DNA of 64,000 nt from NCBI GenBank assembly GCA_904387375.1, contig CAJFLE010000006.1, forward strand, positions 6,376 to 70,375, in the 5' to 3' direction. Source of the DNA: Candidatus Protoclostridium gallicola (GTDB lineage: Bacteria > Bacillota > Clostridia > Christensenellales > Pumilibacteraceae). Below are positions 61,020 to 64,000 of the stretch, piece by piece. The notes beneath the pieces were generated by a model, which was not told where the DNA came from, made no database searches, and saw nothing but the letters and a program-made list of their open reading frames with translations. The position numbers were made by a program, and so were the translations under genes. Each line of letters begins with the position of its first letter. The stretch's first letter is position 1.

Positions 61020-62948
61020 TCAGTAGTCCACGCGGAGCGTACTTATATCGCCGTTTTCTATGCGTACCATGTATATCATGTACGCGGGTTTGCCGACCGT
61101 CTCCGCCGCACTCGATTTACAGCTGCTCTGCTTGTTCGCCGTATATCCCCAGAATCCTTCCTGAGTTACTCCGTCCACGTTTCCCGCCAGACAGCCGAAA
61201 TCGAGTCCTATGATCTTTCCGCCGTCGTCCGTAACCACGTTCGCGCTCTCGTCGGCGTCCGTCGTCATGGCGCTATTTCCGAGTACCTGTTTCATGGTAA
61301 TCTCCGTAAAGGATATCTTCCCTTCCGCTATGGTAAAGGACCCCTTCAAAGTATTGTATTTCGCGCTGCCCATCTGAACGGTATAGACGAACGTTCCCGT
61401 CGTCGTACTCTCCGCGGCGTAATTCAGCTCCAGCACGCCGTTGACTACGTTGCTGTCCTTGGTAAAGTATGTATAGAATACAAGATCCGCCGTACTGTTT
61501 TCGGCTATCTGCGCGGGCGTCGAAAGAGAGGTCGTAACGGGCACCTCTTTGATTCTGGTTACGCCGTTCTCGGTATAGCTTACGGTATACGAAGTAAGAT
61601 TACCGTCGATCACCGCGTCGCCGTTGATGACTTCGTAATCCGTAACCGTAGCGGGTTCCTTATCAGCGTATTGCGCGGTTACCGTCATGCCTGCCGCGGC
61701 GAGCGCTTCCGCCACCGTCTGCGTGCCGCCGTCCACGTATAATAGTTCCGTGGGCGCGTTTTCGAGAAGGATCATCTGCAATCCCGTCTCGGGCGCGGGC
61801 GCCACCGTGATTTCAAAGGTAGCCGTCTTTCCCTCGTACGTGACGGTAATGACGGTATCCTCTTCAGTCAACGGCTCCGTCTTATCGACGGTAAATCCGG
61901 AATCCACTTCGCGGGGCGCGCCCGCAACGTAATTTACATTCAGTTTTAAACCCGCGGTCGTCAGTAATTCGCCGTATTCGTAAGATATTTTGGTGGGACT
62001 CGCCGCGATCGAAATACTGTCCACCGCCGCGTGATACAGGTGGATATCGGAAGGAATGACGTTATTTTTTACAATGGAGAAATAGCATATATGCGCTTCC
62101 AATCCGTAATTTTCAGCGTTACCTTCCACGAAATCGGCGCTCCTGGTCTTACCCCAGCCAAATACGACCGAAGGTTTTACCATGCTGCCGAAATTCAGTC
62201 CGACCATATTGCCCGCGTCGTCTTTGACGATCTGCGCCACGTCGACCGTGACGGCGTCCAGACGGGAGGTCCTGATACGCTGGACGGCTTCGGTCTTGAA
62301 AGTCATCTGTCCGTCCGAAGAGGTATACGTACCCTGCATATATCCCAATTTATATCCGAGCCCGTTTTCCAAATCGATATCTTCGGGCTTATCGTTCCGT
62401 TCGGAATATTTAAACGTACCGGACGCCTCCGTACCGGTCAGTTCGAGACATCCGTCCACCAGCATGGAAGAAGAATTGAAGGAGGTGATGAATACGAAAT
62501 CCGCCTTGCTCGAAGATGCGATCTCGTTGGGCGGAAGATAGGTGTCGTATACCGACGCATCCAGATCGGTAAACTGAATGTCTATCTTATTGACGGTAAT
62601 ATCCACTCTCGCGGTCTTGGTCACTTTTCCGTAAACGTACTTGACGTAATACGAGGTAGTGGTCGCCGTAATTCTTTCGGAGCCGATCGTCGTTGTGCAC
62701 TGATCGGTTACGTCCTCGGTGGTCTTATCGCTGAAATTCGCCACGACCTTCATGCCGCTCGTATCTACCGTTTCGCCTATTTCGTATACGAGCTTGGTCG
62801 GAAGTTTTTCCAACGTGATGGACACGAGCGTCTTTTCGCCGCCCGACTGCGAACCCGGATCATTTCCGCAACCCGTGAACGCAGACAAAGCGAAACACAA
62901 AGCGGATATCAATCCGAGTAAAATTACAACAAGTTTTTTGTTTTTCAT
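61020..62948 (-). CDS. Surface lipoprotein with three Ig-like (PF07523-like) domains alternating with unknown ~170-aa modules
   Basis: Lipobox SAFTGC. Three repeats of the pattern ..L(E/A)xxPTK(L/I)xYExGExxxxxGxK(V/L)..Y.....V.. each followed by a ..TGTFxY.. module. Confidence 0.65.
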   Translation of the reverse strand: MKNKKLVVILLGLISALCFALSAFTGCGNDPGSQSGGEKTLVSITLEKLPTKLVYEIGETVDTSGMKVVANFSDKTTEDVTDQCTTTIGSERITATTTSYYVKYVYGKVTKTARVDITVNKIDIQFTDLDASVYDTYLPPNEIASSSKADFVFITSFNSSSMLVDGCLELTGTEASGTFKYSERNDKPEDIDLENGLGYKLGYMQGTYTSSDGQMTFKTEAVQRIRTSRLDAVTVDVAQIVKDDAGNMVGLNFGSMVKPSVVFGWGKTRSADFVEGNAENYGLEAHICYFSIVKNNVIPSDIHLYHAAVDSISIAASPTKISYEYGELLTTAGLKLNVNYVAGAPREVDSGFTVDKTEPLTEEDTVITVTYEGKTATFEITVAPAPETGLQMILLENAPTELLYVDGGTQTVAEALAAAGMTVTAQYADKEPATVTDYEVINGDAVIDGNLTSYTVSYTENGVTRIKEVPVTTSLSTPAQIAENSTADLVFYTYFTKDSNVVNGVLELNYAAESTTTGTFVYTVQMGSAKYNTLKGSFTIAEGKISFTEITMKQVLGNSAMTTDADESANVVTDDGGKIIGLDFGCLAGNVDGVTQEGFWGYTANKQSSCKSSAAETVGKPAYMIYMVRIENGDISTLRVDY

Positions 62949-63038
62949 AAAAATTCTCCTTTTATATTTTTTATTTTTACGGAATTTTTTCGCGTTATCG
63001 GCCGTTTTACGAAAATCCTTCCGTAATTTTTTCTTACT

Positions 63039-64000
63039 TTATTTTCGCCGCGTTTTCCATGCGAATACCGCAAACGCCGCAGAGCACAGCACGAACGCCG
63101 CGCCGCATACCGCCGTTACGCTTACGACCGCCACCTGCCACATCGGCATAATCTTCACGAGGCGAGTCCCGGCGGTAAAGCCGTTCATGGCGTTGGATTG
63201 CACCGTTGCATAGAGGATACGCTTCGCCGCAAGCCGCATCTGCGCGCCTACTTCACCGTAACCTTGCATGTACTTATTATATAAATCCGCGCTTAAATCG
63301 CTGTCCGGCAAATCGCAGCCCGCCATCATACAGTTTATCAGTTGCGAATCGAGGTATCGCCCCTTCCACATATCCGAAACAACGAATCCGCGCATACCGC
63401 ACTCGCCGCGCAGAAAGTCCGTACAAAGTTCTCGGCTGGCGGGACAGAGCGTAACACCGATTCTCGTATACGAGGTCATGGCGTTCATCGCCTTTCCGTC
63501 GGACACCGCCATGCGGAAAGGTTCGAGGTATATTTCACGGTAAGCCTGTTCGCAACACCACACGCTCAAGCCCACTCTGTCGCTCTGCTGTTCGTAGCCC
63601 GCGATATGTTTGACGTAAGCGTTACAACCTTTCGACTGCAACCCGATGACGACTTCCGTCGCCTGTTTGCCCGAAAGGAACGGGTCTTCAGAATAATATT
63701 CAAAGGCTCTGCCGTCGTAAGCGCTGCGGTGGGTGTTGAGCCCTATGCCATACAATCCGCTGTAGCCCGCCCAGAGCGCATCCTCGCCGAGCATTTTTCC
63801 GAATCTGCCCGCCAACGGCGCGTTGAACGACGACGCGAGAATTCCGAGACAGGGATAGTAAGGCGGGGAGAGCGAGGCGTCGGGGTCGCCGTATTTTTTG
63901 GCAAGTCCGTTTTCGCCGTCGCCGTATTTCTGCGTCAGCCCGGTCGGTCCGTTATGCTCAACCGTCACGGGTTTACCTATATCGGCGAGAAAACCCGTTT
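63039..64000 (-). CDS. GH3 family glycosidase, C-terminal (catalytic) part; the N-terminus lies beyond the window
   Basis: KHIAGYEQQ, REIYLEPFRMAV and GFVVSDMW motifs plus a C-terminal TM anchor. The frame is open to nt 64000. Confidence 0.8.
   Translation of the reverse strand, partial: TGFLADIGKPVTVEHNGPTGLTQKYGDGENGLAKKYGDPDASLSPPYYPCLGILASSFNAPLAGRFGKMLGEDALWAGYSGLYGIGLNTHRSAYDGRAFEYYSEDPFLSGKQATEVVIGLQSKGCNAYVKHIAGYEQQSDRVGLSVWCCEQAYREIYLEPFRMAVSDGKAMNAMTSYTRIGVTLCPASRELCTDFLRGECGMRGFVVSDMWKGRYLDSQLINCMMAGCDLPDSDLSADLYNKYMQGYGEVGAQMRLAAKRILYATVQSNAMNGFTAGTRLVKIMPMWQVAVVSVTAVCGAAFVLCSAAFAVFAWKTRRK

Overview
This is a 64-kb chromosomal window from a high-GC Gram-positive anaerobe. The gene content looks Clostridia/Oscillospiraceae-like, but that is inference only. 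All calls rest on reading the sequence and the ORF track by eye: motif recognition, start-codon/RBS inspection and hand-folded hairpins. No searches were run. Almost all of the window is coding. From left to right it contains: (1) an AT-rich LytTR regulator plus GHKL kinase pair at the left edge; (2) a five-gene split, archaeal-type glutamate synthase operon (2.3-7.4 kb, minus strand), preceded by two promoters and two terminator hairpins; (3) a small XRE regulator, an 881-aa Wzy_C-like/GT-B fusion protein, rsmA and a hypothetical gene; (4) a glycan-utilisation block with two circularly permuted GH3 enzymes and a CBM/Ig lipoprotein (13-21.4 kb); (5) tRNA-Gly(CCC); (6) an Lsa-type ABC-F gene with a leader attenuator; (7) an anion permease, two sugar-phosphate isomerase-like genes, an RsmF-like methyltransferase and a His-rich CobW/COG0523 GTPase; (8) an accessory island at the window centre (29.2-33.4 kb, AT-rich at its left end), holding a hypothetical protein, two tandem double-HTH XRE paralogs, a small membrane protein, an AlbA_2/GHKL/wHTH protein and six iteron-like repeats; (9) pckA; (10) a second AT-rich cassette (35.3-37.45 kb) bounded by 80-bp direct repeats; (11) an AlkD-like gene, an OmpR/HK pair with membrane proteins, an Fe-ADH, a flavodoxin, two TetR genes, a P1B ATPase, hslO and a LysR gene, with two frameshifted genes (DUF1989, aldo-keto reductase) among them; (12) a ~2.4-kb AT-rich mosaic (50.9-53.3 kb) with an HUH rolling-circle Rep gene, a truncated Bro-N gene, a foreign GH3 3' fragment and a perfect 29-bp-arm palindrome; (13) a second GH3/surface-lipoprotein locus (53.5-64 kb). 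I saw no CRISPR array, rRNA, integrase or transposase. The best candidates for something undescribed are the central island with its repeat array, the HUH-Rep mosaic, and the structured region upstream of the glutamate synthase operon. All three are hypotheses, not demonstrations.
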